The notes under the pieces are model-generated. The model made no database searches. It was given only the letters and a program-made list of their open reading frames with translations, and was not told the DNA's origin. Made by a program: the position numbers and the translations under genes. A DNA stretch of 64,000 nucleotides from a virus: IMG/VR virus record IMGVR_UViG_3300044959_000131, positions 1-64,000 of that record; one strand, 5' to 3'. Positions 53,021 to 63,821 of the stretch are shown piece by piece (position 1 is the stretch's first letter; every line of letters begins with the position of its first letter).

Positions 53021-56000
53021 TGAGTCTAAAAACCCTTATCACCGCATCCGTACTACCGGAGAAAAAGATTCCTACGGCATCGGTCAAAGTTGACCCTGCC
53101 TTCGGAGTCATTGGCTCCGTCGTGAAATTGGATGGCCGACAGAGCTCGGACCCGGACAAGTCGCCACTCACATATACGTGGACTTTCGACTCCGTTCCTA
53201 TTGGTTCCAGAGTAGCCAGGGAGGGTTTCCGTCTACTTGATCCTGATGGATCTGTCGTCTCGTTCTCTCCAGACGTCGTTGGCGAGTACGTCATCGGTCT
53301 GACTGTGTCGAACGGCATGTTCGAGAGCGAGAAAGTTCAAGCCGTCACCAGCATCCGAGCAATATTGGTCCCTCACGGGCGCGGACTAGTACCAGATGGA
53401 AAGTGGATTTGGAGTTACATCAGAGACGTTTGGCAGAGTGTCGAAAACAAAGAGATGTTCGAGACACTCTGGTCAGCTCTCATTCAAATCGTAGGTGCCG
53501 AGCTTTTGAAGCTCTATCAGGTCGATTTCAACAAGAGCATCAGAGACATACAAGACCTATATCAAAGAAGATGGCTATCGTACGAGCCAAAGCTGGACAT
53601 TAAAGCCAACGGACCAAACTTCTTCTTCGGTAACCACTATGCCGGTGTCAATGCATCGACCGTCAACTTAGGTCTGGAAGGATTGGCAATAGTTCTTAGC
53701 AGCACTGAGGTCGTAATCATTGAGGGATCTGTTCTACAGAACGTGGCTGGTGAGTCTTTTACTCTGAAATCGAGCATCGACCCTGCCAACAACAAGTCCT
53801 TCAAGATTACTGGCACAAACAGTTACGGTAACGGGTACAGGCTATCTATTACGTCTCCAATCCCGAACCCTGAGTCAGAGCATATTGACTCGGGAGTTGG
53901 CTTTGTATTCGCTGCGCGCTCCACTCAATGGAATATACATGGCGCTCATGGTAAGCCGTACGCAGAGTTGATGTCAGAGTATGGCTCTCCTCTCGACTAC
54001 CTTTTGCCTCTGTTCATGAATAAATCTGGTGGGGTTCTAGAGACACAGGTCGGTGATGTCATTCACTTCAAGACTGGACCGAACAAGGGCTTCTATCGAA
54101 TCGTTCAGAAGAGCGGTACTTTCATCACCGTCGACCGTGCTCCACCAAGTTTCTCCGACGAGACAACCATACTGAACCATACTGCAGACATTTACCGCCC
54201 AATACGGTTTGAGGTAACCCAGCCGGACAACCTCCTCACCGACACGATTGCCATTCCGTACGATGCCTCAAAGGACATCAGCTCGCTCGCGCCAGGTCGT
54301 GTAATCATCATCAATGGTCTGACATACACCATCGTTCGATGCAAGATCGATAAAAATCAACACACGCCATCCGTTCTCATCACCATCGACCGGCCGATTC
54401 TTCAGAGTGGTCTCCAAGGTTTAAGTTGGAGAACACCTCCAACGCTTGTATCGACGACTCAGAACTTTGAAGAAGAGGGTGTTTCACCGGGCGACGTTAT
54501 TGTGTTTGATATCGTTCAGGACGGAGCCGAAATCTCACATGTTCCGTGCCAAGTTGTAGGTGTCGACAGAGGAAGGATCGGGTTCGTGTTTACCACAGAA
54601 CCTGTAGCTCTTGGTCAGACACCTGAAGTACCGGCTGATGTCATTCTTAAGCTTGCTGATGACTTCCACATCGATGGTCTCATAAAGAACGGCGATGGAT
54701 CACTGACGTACACAGGACAAGCTAAGAAGTACTACGAAACAATAAACTCTACACAGTTCAAGAGGTTGTACTGGAACAAAGAGTTGACTCCAACGACTGA
54801 TATCAGCGTCAATCCGAACTACCAAATCAAGCCTAGGTGCATCTATAGAACGAAGCTCATACCCGTCGACTCGAGCCTTCGCTCTATCCCTCTCCTCCAA
54901 AACCACATCGCTCCGAATAATGTGGTTGAGAGGAACGGCAAGTTCTACAAGCAAAGGAACGGCGTGGAGTATGAAGTACCAGCTCCAGTGTTCCTCAAGG
55001 AGAACATCGACTACATCATTGATGGTGAGTACGCTTTCAGTGGTCGGATGACGTTCAAGACTGGAAGTGACATCATCGAGGTAGATGATGGAGACTTCGT
55101 CGACCGTGGGATTGGACCTGGAGATCAATTCATCATCAAAGAGCCAGTTACACTGGCCAAGACGTACTATGTACAGGCGGTTCTCAGTCCAACCAAACTG
55201 AAGCTCACGAGAGAGGTCCCACTATACGCATTTGGTGACTACGTCACAGCCAATGTTCAAATCAAGCGTAACCGTTCGGGACACTTCATCCGGTTTGCTC
55301 CGGGTCGGTTTACCGCAAAATCTCCTCCCCCAGATAGGCTCTGGGCAGAAGTCTCATTCTTCGACAACAACGAGAACATCGAGAACAACTTCGGAATCCT
55401 TGTTGGTCTTACAAGAGAAGATATCCAAGCAGTCTCGAAAAATCTGAATTACCGGCAAGCTGTGTCCGGTATCATGTATGCCTATCTTCGCGGATCTTCC
55501 ATCGAGAAAGTCAGGCTCGGGGCTCAGATTCTTCTCGGACTTCCTTTTGCTGAACACCGAGGAATCATTCGTTCCATCGAAGATGACTACCGCCTGGACA
55601 TCCATGGGAAGCCGGTTCTTGGACGTATTCTCATAGAAGACGTCGACAATACTGGAACCCCTCTTGGAATTCTCCGTATCTACACATTCCCGATTGAGCC
55701 AGGATCCGAGCTTGCCGGTCTTGAGAAGAATCCAGCAACGGGAGACGTCTACAAGGTTGGAGATATCGTAGAGAAGTTTGCGGCCCTTAGTAAGGGAGTT
55801 GAAATCACCGACTACATCATCAATCCTCTGGACAAGAACCACTCCGTCGAGAGACTTCTTCAGCAGTTCCACTCGATCAGAGTACGTATCAATGACAACA
55901 TCTTTAATCTCAATGAGATTAGCCTTGTCTCTAAGTTCTTGAGGAAGATTACACCCTCGTATATCGCGTTCTTCGTCTCCAGCCTGTCTGAGTTCTTCGA

Positions 56001-57282
56001 CGACGCAAATGTTCTGGACAAGATCGCTCTCAAGAACTCTCTGGGTCCGAGTACGTTGGTGGACAATGCATCTCTGTGCATCCCACCAACTATCAAGATG
56101 GATTCGAGGAGCGTCTCTGGGTTCCATCAAATCTACTTCGATGGTGGAGTCTTCTGGGTCAGAAGAGTAGGAAGTGACCTGACCACATCGACAGGGTCGT
56201 TGGATGTCAGCATACCATCTGGAGGAATACTAAACCCCAAGGCTGGTGAAGTCTTCGAGAGCCCACTGACTAAGGTCGGAGACAGTGTCATCATTCAAAA
56301 CGGTGTCAACAAAGGCATCTACACCATCACGGCAATCGCCAATGACCATACGATGACGCTTGACGGACCGGCCTTTGGATTCACCGGAGAGACCGGCATT
56401 CGATATGCCATCGTACGTCGCATCGGTACCATCATAAGGTCGAGCGAACCCTACTCCTTCTCTTCTGGAAGCCCAGTCGTAACTGGGACTGGAGGGCTCA
56501 GAACTGATGGTGTATCTCCAGGAGATTGGTTCTTGAACATCAACAACACGGCTGGTTTCCGAAGCCGACACCAGATCATTGAGGTTCTTGAGTCGACTCC
56601 TGGTTCTGGTGTATGGGACCAGCTGCGAATCAGCCCTGCACCGACAGCGACAGGTTCAGATAACTTCGCCATCGTCAGGTCCAAGGTCTTTGAATCCCCA
56701 TTCCCAACGATTTTTACAGTAACAGGAATCCCTGGTAACAGAATCAGCGTTCCAGCCGGTTCACTTCTCAAGGGCCTCGTTGAAACGGGCGATATTCTTC
56801 AAGAGTACGATGTATTCTACGACCGGTTGGGCAAAGAGCACATTGTCATTGACAGAGAGGAGCTATACCTGTCTCCACCCATCCCTCCTCTCACGACTGT
56901 CAACGTCAAACTATTCAAGAAGAATAGACCAAGCACTGGTATCGGATGGGACACCATTTCTCAGTGGGATCCGATCGACGTTTTGGATGTGTCCATTGTT
57001 GAGACGCAGTCTCTCGCGTCTTGTGTTGCATCGTCTACCGACGTCACTCTGCAAATGGAAAGAACGACGCCACCGGCCTCGGGGCCGTCGCCTGTCGACC
57101 CAACTCTCCTGAACATTCGTCCGATGGACTATCTGAAGCTGGAGGGAATGTCGTCTCCGTTGGATATCGGCTACGGTGCTGGAGTTTTCCCGATCGTTGA
57201 AGTAACCCCTACTCTTGTTCGCCTTTCCGTGGCATTACCAACTACTGAGACCCTTCCGTGGAGCATCATTCGGAGAGTGTGA
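53020..57282 (+). CDS. baseplate wedge-like protein with N-terminal PKD/Ig-like domain
   Basis: VVKLDGRQSSDPDKSPLTYTW (PKD-like); YRQAVSGIMYAYLRG...LLGLP wedge-like segment; 1420 aa. Confidence 0.55.
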   Translation: MSLKTLITASVLPEKKIPTASVKVDPAFGVIGSVVKLDGRQSSDPDKSPLTYTWTFDSVPIGSRVAREGFRLLDPDGSVVSFSPDVVGEYVIGLTVSNGMFESEKVQAVTSIRAILVPHGRGLVPDGKWIWSYIRDVWQSVENKEMFETLWSALIQIVGAELLKLYQVDFNKSIRDIQDLYQRRWLSYEPKLDIKANGPNFFFGNHYAGVNASTVNLGLEGLAIVLSSTEVVIIEGSVLQNVAGESFTLKSSIDPANNKSFKITGTNSYGNGYRLSITSPIPNPESEHIDSGVGFVFAARSTQWNIHGAHGKPYAELMSEYGSPLDYLLPLFMNKSGGVLETQVGDVIHFKTGPNKGFYRIVQKSGTFITVDRAPPSFSDETTILNHTADIYRPIRFEVTQPDNLLTDTIAIPYDASKDISSLAPGRVIIINGLTYTIVRCKIDKNQHTPSVLITIDRPILQSGLQGLSWRTPPTLVSTTQNFEEEGVSPGDVIVFDIVQDGAEISHVPCQVVGVDRGRIGFVFTTEPVALGQTPEVPADVILKLADDFHIDGLIKNGDGSLTYTGQAKKYYETINSTQFKRLYWNKELTPTTDISVNPNYQIKPRCIYRTKLIPVDSSLRSIPLLQNHIAPNNVVERNGKFYKQRNGVEYEVPAPVFLKENIDYIIDGEYAFSGRMTFKTGSDIIEVDDGDFVDRGIGPGDQFIIKEPVTLAKTYYVQAVLSPTKLKLTREVPLYAFGDYVTANVQIKRNRSGHFIRFAPGRFTAKSPPPDRLWAEVSFFDNNENIENNFGILVGLTREDIQAVSKNLNYRQAVSGIMYAYLRGSSIEKVRLGAQILLGLPFAEHRGIIRSIEDDYRLDIHGKPVLGRILIEDVDNTGTPLGILRIYTFPIEPGSELAGLEKNPATGDVYKVGDIVEKFAALSKGVEITDYIINPLDKNHSVERLLQQFHSIRVRINDNIFNLNEISLVSKFLRKITPSYIAFFVSSLSEFFDDANVLDKIALKNSLGPSTLVDNASLCIPPTIKMDSRSVSGFHQIYFDGGVFWVRRVGSDLTTSTGSLDVSIPSGGILNPKAGEVFESPLTKVGDSVIIQNGVNKGIYTITAIANDHTMTLDGPAFGFTGETGIRYAIVRRIGTIIRSSEPYSFSSGSPVVTGTGGLRTDGVSPGDWFLNINNTAGFRSRHQIIEVLESTPGSGVWDQLRISPAPTATGSDNFAIVRSKVFESPFPTIFTVTGIPGNRISVPAGSLLKGLVETGDILQEYDVFYDRLGKEHIVIDREELYLSPPIPPLTTVNVKLFKKNRPSTGIGWDTISQWDPIDVLDVSIVETQSLASCVASSTDVTLQMERTTPPASGPSPVDPTLLNIRPMDYLKLEGMSSPLDIGYGAGVFPIVEVTPTLVRLSVALPTTETLPWSIIRRV

Positions 57283-57283
57283 G

Positions 57284-57946
57284 ATGTTCAAAGACATCGT
57301 TCGAGTCGCAGACTCAGGATTCACGAAGCTTCGTAGCCGTGTTGGGAAGCTTCTTGATGCGAGAGCTTGGTTCGAGCCATCCGACGAAAAGTCCGTTGTC
57401 GAGGTCAAGGGGTGGGTCAGCCTATGCCTACGGGAAAGGGGTAAGATCGTCCCTGGCTCTAGGCGTGAGGGTCATAACATTTGGACCAACACGGGCCGAG
57501 AGTACCTCGCCCTCTTGATGAGCATCGAGACGCCGCCAACTTCGGCGTTCAGAAACGACAGAATCGCGTACATTGGTGTAGGTACTGGGTCCACTGTCGA
57601 GGACGTAGGAGTCATTAGACTCGCCAATCCAGTGCAGTACGTCATTGGACAGTTCCTCGCGCCTCTGGATGTGCCGCCGACCTTCCCACTCACTCCAACA
57701 CGAACGACTGTCCGTTACCATAGGACCTTTGCTGAAAACGAAATTACGATTACTCCTGGATCGCGGGTCGACATCAGCGAGATGGGATTGTTCACGAACG
57801 GTTCGCCAACGTCTCATGTCCCAGGTACGAGGGATACCGGAATCGCGAATGCTGGTTCTCAGTCTCCATGCGCATACAAGACGTTTGAACCTATCGGTAA
57901 GACGGACTCCCTAGAGCTCGAGGTCTCTTGGGAGATCAGGTTCTAA
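57284..57946 (+). CDS. putative baseplate/tail-fibre attachment protein
   Basis: GHNIWTNTGREYLA...YIGVGTG...ISEMGLF...KT..LELEVSWEIRF; start refined to 57284. Confidence 0.6.
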   Translation: MFKDIVRVADSGFTKLRSRVGKLLDARAWFEPSDEKSVVEVKGWVSLCLRERGKIVPGSRREGHNIWTNTGREYLALLMSIETPPTSAFRNDRIAYIGVGTGSTVEDVGVIRLANPVQYVIGQFLAPLDVPPTFPLTPTRTTVRYHRTFAENEITITPGSRVDISEMGLFTNGSPTSHVPGTRDTGIANAGSQSPCAYKTFEPIGKTDSLELEVSWEIRF

Positions 57947-57961
57947 TTAGGAGAGTTTCCA

Positions 57962-60900
57962 ATGGCTCAGATGGAATTCTTCCGTAGGCCACAGCTTGCT
58001 GGAAACAACATCCCTCGTCTCATTTCCGCGACAGTTCGAGGAAGTATTCGCCGTTCTGACCCAGATGGAATCTCACCGAGTCCGTACTTTCCAGGAGTCT
58101 CGGCAGGTCAGACACTAGACCTGAAGATCGATGGCGCTCCAGTTTCCGTGACATTGACTGGAAACACGCTATCGACAGTTTTAGACGACATCAATACGGC
58201 ACTTGGGCCTTCAGGGTACGCATACTCAGAAGACGGCGTCATCGCTATTCAGACGAATCAGCTTGGCGCAAATGGGTCGGTTGAAATCGTTGGTGGTACT
58301 GCGGCAGCCGCTCTTGGATTCGATATCTCTCTTGGACAGATTCGTTCTACCGGTGGAGACATTCCGAGCACGCCAGAGGGTCGAGTTGGGAACTGGTTCG
58401 GTGTCAGCTTCCCGAACAGGAATGACAATCTCACATCTGAGAGTCTGAACCGGCCTTTGGCACGTCTGGCCGGTAACCTCGACGTTCTGTTCTCAGAGCA
58501 CGTTCGTGAGGATGCGCTTCCGAGGAAGATCAACTTCACCGTTTCTCCAGACGGTAGGATTCTTACGCCGAACTCTGCAGACGATGTTCGCGTATTTACA
58601 GGACTTGGACTCCTCTCAAAGGACTCTACAAAGGAAGAGTTGGCCCCGTTTTTCTTCCTGGTAGACACAGTTACCAAACTTCCTCCCGCAAGCCGAGTGG
58701 TTGGAGTCGTTCGCGGAACTCCGTCAGGCTTGCCTCCGTACGCCGACGCAACGTCCTGGACAGGACCTGGCAGCACCGGAAACGTTCTTGGTGTCGACCT
58801 TCAAAAGTCGGCTGGAACCATCACCAGCATCAAGAACGGTCGGGTCATCCAAGTCGCTGGGGCAAACTTCATAGCAGACAAGGTCCGGCCTGGAGACTAC
58901 GTCAAAATCACTGGCGCCACCAACCTAACGCCGTGGAGCAACAACGGATACAGATGGGTCGTTGAGGAGGTCATCGACGCTCAGCACATCGCCGTGAGGC
59001 CGATGTCGAAGTCCGAACTGGCTCATGTAGGAACGTCATCGACTGAGGCTCAGCCGATCGTCGAACTCAACATGGCCAAGTCTGCGACCGAGGTCTACGG
59101 TTCCGTCGAAATCTGGACCGGAACGTACATGAACGACGTCCGTATCGTCGTCGACCCGCCAATTCCTTCCGGTGCAACGTATGAACTCTTCTTGTCATCT
59201 CCTGGAGACCTCAGGTCAAAGCGTACCTACGAGTCTCAGTTCAAAGACGTTGCAAATAGAGAATGGGCATCTGACCTGCGCCCATCTCCAAACGTGCTGT
59301 TGGTGTCTCCGACCGTAGCCTCGTGGAACTCATCTTCTGTCGTTCTAACAGGAGGCTACGCACGGTTCTCAGACCGTGTTGTTTACATCCCACCAAAGAC
59401 CTTCACCGCAGCCGATTTCAGCACTCCAGGTGTCAACTACGTCTACTGGGACAAGGACACAAACGAAATCAAGACTACCAGAAGCCACGTCAAGGTGGTG
59501 AACTCAGACCCGACTCAGCCACCCGGTTCTGGGTTCGCTGGAGATACACAGGCATCTCAACACATCATCGCGGAAGTCTGGAAGAGCGGTTCGAACATCT
59601 CGTCTGTACTCTTCGAGGGTCGGGCAGTTGGAGAAGAGGCTTCTCATCGAGTTGTAACAGTCGGCGTCGGAGGGCAGTTCTCCAAGCTCGAGGACGCTGT
59701 CAAATTCATCAATCGATGGGCCAAGGGAAACAACTTCCGAACCAGCACATACCCGCAGTTCGAGATTGTAATTGTCAGTGACACAACTGTCGACTTCTCG
59801 ACAATCACGAATAACAACAACGACTATCCGGGTTTACCAAGCATCTTTTTTGATGCTTCAGTCAGAGTTCGTGGAGCTAGTCCAAACGTAAAGCTCGTCC
59901 TCAAGAACTACGCTTCTGGAACTCCATTCGACTGCGGGTACTCTGGTTCTGGTACCTACCAGTTCGAAGATTTGACCATCACGTGTGATAGCTCGTTCTC
60001 GTCTGCCACACTATTCTTTGCCAGATCTGGATCCAACATCTTCTTCAAGAATGTCAGGACTCTTACTGATCAAGGTGTTGGCGGATTCCTTGAGTCTAGT
60101 GGCCTGACCGCCGTAATCGACTCCTGCGTCATTACAGGAATCAGGGCGTCTCTCGTCAAGACATCTGTTGCGAGCTCATCCTGCGACTTCGAAGTTTTCA
60201 ATTCGAAGGTCTCGATGCACTCGGTCGTAAACAGCTCACCGGGCATCTTCTACGGCACGGTCGGTGAAGTATTCTATGCAAGAAGACTCGTTGTTAGAGA
60301 CTGTGCGTTTACCGATCTTAGTACCGACCAGGGATACGCTGGACGACCGTTGATTGGGAAATTCTTCTTATACACTGTGTTCGATGGATGTACTTTCTCA
60401 GGGGTCTCAGGAGGTCTAACACCGGGACAGAACTCCGTTCTTTTCAAGTTTGTAGCCGGTGGTGATGGGGGACTTTTCATCTCGAAGTGCCAGACGTCTC
60501 TGTTACTACCTCCAACGAGGTGCTTCATCGACTCTGGCTCTCAGCAGGACCGTTGCTACATCGACAGCTGCCGAATCGTACTCAGTCCAGATGACCCAAG
60601 CGCTCCTGGCATCAGAGCAGGATCCGTTACCAACTGTGACATTATTGGCTTGACAGGAACGAATCAAACACTTGTCGCCGTCTCAAGAAGGTTTGCCGGA
60701 AACCACGTCTCTGGATCTGCGGCAATTGGCGTACGAAATGACCTGACGTATCAAACGGGCTCGAACTTCTTCGCGGACATTTCGTACAACAGATTTGAAC
60801 TCTCTGGCGGTACTTCGATCCTTGTCACGTCCAACGGACAGAACAACAACGGTGTAACGGTTCATGGAAATCAAATCTTGTTGCAGGGAGCCAACGCGGT

Positions 60901-63223
60901 AGGGATCAAGACGTGGGAAGGTTCCAATGACCTGCCTCACGGAGAGATTTCTGGAAACATCGTTCGAATCCGTACCGGTGACGGAGGTAATAACAAGATC
61001 GGCATCTACGCCAGAGGTTCTTGCAGCCTAATCGGAAATCAAATCTTCAACGCCGCCGGAGAGGTAACAGGTACAACAGGACACATCGGAATTCGTCTTG
61101 ATTCAGAAACAGAGACGAGGGTCATTGGTAACTCAGTCATCTTCTCTGCTGGTAGCTACATATGCATGTCAGTTGAGGGTGTCACACATGCAGCCCTCAT
61201 CAATAACAACGTATTCCAGTCAACCGGAAAGGCACTCGTTTTCTCTGGCGGTTCGTCGACAAGGCTCGTTGCCTCTTACAATAGAATTGTAGGAACCGCA
61301 GCAGCTGTTGAGGTACTGATCGCGGATATCTTCAACGGTAACTACCTCGTCGGTCCTGTAACGAGGCCCAATCCTGGTAGATTCCGTTCCATCGACGGGA
61401 ATTTCTTCTATGGAGACGTCAACATAACAATCAATGGTTCTACTTATGGTGGATCTTCTGTATCGAACAACTGGTTCAATGGAACTCTTGATCTTGAAGG
61501 GTCGGGATCCGAGCACGTAGACTTCTTTGGAAACCTTTTTGGTGGAGCATTCTCGACAACAGACGTAATTGTAAATGCACACAAGAACTATTTTGTTGGA
61601 TCCGAAACAACAGTCAATTTCGGATATGCAGGAATACAGCCACACATCATCAAAGACAACGTCTTTAGCGGATCGAATCAGACTATTAACATCGACGCAT
61701 CGGCTAGGGTCATAGGCAATAGTTTTATTGGTATCTCTCAAACATTGAACTTCGGAGATTCTGGTCACGGTAGTAATTCATACCGCCAAGAGTTCAAAGA
61801 CAATTACTGTCTCTGTAATACGAACATCTACTCGGATTTTACAACTTATTTGGTTGTCGAAGGAAACTTCATGATCGGACCTTCATCAATTGAGGAGGTA
61901 GACCGATTTAGCAACAACGTATTGTACGCTCTATACGCTCCTGCAAGTGGAAAGATCGTAGGACGTAGTTTTCTCGATACTGGAGGTAGAGCACCTGCAT
62001 CTGGAAATGTTATCTTCATTCCCTCTGGTAGCTTGAGCTTCGAGAATCTCGATTTCAGTTCTTGTGATATCAGAATAGTGAGTGGTGGATTAGCTCGATT
62101 CAAGGACTGCTCTATCCTTGGATGCAGTCTTCGTGTACAAGGATCTGGAGGATTCCCACTTGCTACATATGGTGGATCAACTGGTGGTTGTAGGATTGTC
62201 GGTTGCAAGGCCTACTCTGGTTTGTCTATTACGGTTAACGATGCCGACACTGAAGTACTCGTCGCCGACACGAAAGTATCAGGAGTATCAAGCGCGTTGA
62301 CCATCTCAAAGACTAACAACAATCAGAGGGCTGTCGTCAAAGACTGTGTCGTATCTGGAAATTTGATCGTCTCTGGAGGCTTCTTCCAGGACAGCATCGA
62401 TATTTCCGGCTGTATCGTAGGCGGCTATCTGAGCGCGCAGTCCGGTGGCGGTGTTGGTCGATGCACGGTATCGAACAGTACATTTAACTCCCTCGCCATA
62501 CATTCTGTAGGAGCTGGACAAGAGGTTCATGTAGATGGATGCCTATTCAAAGGTAAACTTACCATAGGAGGATATGGCAATATAGTTACTATCAGCAGTA
62601 ACTTCATTGGAAATGGACTTGAGTTTGTCAACGATGCTTCAGGCGGTACAGGTCTCCGCTACACAATTGATGGTAATACCATCATCTCTGATCACGGTAC
62701 TCACGGTATCTCTTTCCCAGCCATTAATTTAGGAGTCGACGGTTTTCAGCATATCGTCATTTCTAACAACAACATCAATGTCGCAGAAGGAACAGCCAGC
62801 GCCGGACCAGCTGTCATGGCTTCTGGGATCTACTTTGCTGATGGAGTTAGTAATGTAGTAATTGTTGGTAACTCCATCTCTCTGGGCAACGGAGTTGGCG
62901 ACCCAGGAGGAACGGGCTCTTACGTGTACGCCGGTATTCAAGCTGGTAGTGTCAACACGGGTGGTGGACCGGTCTCAGCCTGTAGAAACTGGGTCATCTC
63001 AGGTAATCGAATCTCCATTGGTAGTTCCTTAAGTGGGCATTCTTTCAGATCAGGTGCATTGACGATTTCCTACATGTACATTCGACTTAACGGAAACGCT
63101 TATGGAACAAGCGTCTCCGGGAACATAATGACCCAATCGTACGGTTTACCGTCAAACACTGCTCCACAGAACGGAGCTCACTACTTTAGAGACGTTACAA
63201 CTGCACCTTACACTGTTCCATAA
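57962..63223 (+). CDS. tail fibre/tailspike with right-handed parallel beta-helix repeats
   Basis: 1753 aa; VVTVGVGGQFSKLEDAV entry motif, then many ISGN/VIGN/NN-type repeats. Confidence 0.75.
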   Translation: MAQMEFFRRPQLAGNNIPRLISATVRGSIRRSDPDGISPSPYFPGVSAGQTLDLKIDGAPVSVTLTGNTLSTVLDDINTALGPSGYAYSEDGVIAIQTNQLGANGSVEIVGGTAAAALGFDISLGQIRSTGGDIPSTPEGRVGNWFGVSFPNRNDNLTSESLNRPLARLAGNLDVLFSEHVREDALPRKINFTVSPDGRILTPNSADDVRVFTGLGLLSKDSTKEELAPFFFLVDTVTKLPPASRVVGVVRGTPSGLPPYADATSWTGPGSTGNVLGVDLQKSAGTITSIKNGRVIQVAGANFIADKVRPGDYVKITGATNLTPWSNNGYRWVVEEVIDAQHIAVRPMSKSELAHVGTSSTEAQPIVELNMAKSATEVYGSVEIWTGTYMNDVRIVVDPPIPSGATYELFLSSPGDLRSKRTYESQFKDVANREWASDLRPSPNVLLVSPTVASWNSSSVVLTGGYARFSDRVVYIPPKTFTAADFSTPGVNYVYWDKDTNEIKTTRSHVKVVNSDPTQPPGSGFAGDTQASQHIIAEVWKSGSNISSVLFEGRAVGEEASHRVVTVGVGGQFSKLEDAVKFINRWAKGNNFRTSTYPQFEIVIVSDTTVDFSTITNNNNDYPGLPSIFFDASVRVRGASPNVKLVLKNYASGTPFDCGYSGSGTYQFEDLTITCDSSFSSATLFFARSGSNIFFKNVRTLTDQGVGGFLESSGLTAVIDSCVITGIRASLVKTSVASSSCDFEVFNSKVSMHSVVNSSPGIFYGTVGEVFYARRLVVRDCAFTDLSTDQGYAGRPLIGKFFLYTVFDGCTFSGVSGGLTPGQNSVLFKFVAGGDGGLFISKCQTSLLLPPTRCFIDSGSQQDRCYIDSCRIVLSPDDPSAPGIRAGSVTNCDIIGLTGTNQTLVAVSRRFAGNHVSGSAAIGVRNDLTYQTGSNFFADISYNRFELSGGTSILVTSNGQNNNGVTVHGNQILLQGANAVGIKTWEGSNDLPHGEISGNIVRIRTGDGGNNKIGIYARGSCSLIGNQIFNAAGEVTGTTGHIGIRLDSETETRVIGNSVIFSAGSYICMSVEGVTHAALINNNVFQSTGKALVFSGGSSTRLVASYNRIVGTAAAVEVLIADIFNGNYLVGPVTRPNPGRFRSIDGNFFYGDVNITINGSTYGGSSVSNNWFNGTLDLEGSGSEHVDFFGNLFGGAFSTTDVIVNAHKNYFVGSETTVNFGYAGIQPHIIKDNVFSGSNQTINIDASARVIGNSFIGISQTLNFGDSGHGSNSYRQEFKDNYCLCNTNIYSDFTTYLVVEGNFMIGPSSIEEVDRFSNNVLYALYAPASGKIVGRSFLDTGGRAPASGNVIFIPSGSLSFENLDFSSCDIRIVSGGLARFKDCSILGCSLRVQGSGGFPLATYGGSTGGCRIVGCKAYSGLSITVNDADTEVLVADTKVSGVSSALTISKTNNNQRAVVKDCVVSGNLIVSGGFFQDSIDISGCIVGGYLSAQSGGGVGRCTVSNSTFNSLAIHSVGAGQEVHVDGCLFKGKLTIGGYGNIVTISSNFIGNGLEFVNDASGGTGLRYTIDGNTIISDHGTHGISFPAINLGVDGFQHIVISNNNINVAEGTASAGPAVMASGIYFADGVSNVVIVGNSISLGNGVGDPGGTGSYVYAGIQAGSVNTGGGPVSACRNWVISGNRISIGSSLSGHSFRSGALTISYMYIRLNGNAYGTSVSGNIMTQSYGLPSNTAPQNGAHYFRDVTTAPYTVP

Positions 63224-63236
63224 GGAGGAAAAGACC

Positions 63237-63818
63237 ATGAGAACGATTGTACTTTCTGCTCTACTTACATCCTCTGTTGCTTTCGCAGACGTCGAAATCC
63301 AAGATTCCGGCACCAATTTAGATGGTGGAGTTTCATCTTCTGTCGAAGCTCCTGCTCCGATGGGTCTAGGAGAGGCATCGAATCTCGTGAAAACCGTGTT
63401 CACGAGCGTCAAAGAGGGCAACTGGTGGATGGCAGCCGGTGCCTTACTCGTTTTGGTTGTCGGCCTCTTGAGAGGCATCGGCAGAAAGTTCCACGAGTGG
63501 CTTCCAGACAACAACATCATGGATAAGCCACTTATCTTCCTCTACGACACAAAGATTGGTGGATGGGTGCTGAACTGGTTGACTGCGACAGCCGGAGGCA
63601 TCGCAACAGCCATGGCTGCTGGTGTAACCGTTGACTGGTCTCTCTGGAAGTCAGTTCTCATGGTCTCGACATCCGGCACGGCTCTGTTCGAGCTCTACTC
63701 CGACATCAAGGAGTGGTGGGTTGCGAGACAAGAGGCCAAGAAGAAGGCTGCCGAAGAAGAAGCTGCAAAGAAAGAAGCACTTGTATCCACTCAGCCGACG
63801 GACGTTCAAAATCCCTGA
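63237..63818 (+). CDS. membrane protein with signal peptide and 3-4 TM segments (holin-like?)
   Basis: AAGGAGG SD; MRTIVLSALLTSSVAFA signal; several hydrophobic helices. Confidence 0.55.
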   Translation: MRTIVLSALLTSSVAFADVEIQDSGTNLDGGVSSSVEAPAPMGLGEASNLVKTVFTSVKEGNWWMAAGALLVLVVGLLRGIGRKFHEWLPDNNIMDKPLIFLYDTKIGGWVLNWLTATAGGIATAMAAGVTVDWSLWKSVLMVSTSGTALFELYSDIKEWWVARQEAKKKAAEEEAAKKEALVSTQPTDVQNP

Positions 63819-63821
63819 CCA

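Noticed and set aside
53403-62941. Numerous 60-260 aa alternative-frame and antisense ORFs inside the giant structural genes
   Set aside because: They are shadow ORFs without SD, motifs or typical composition.
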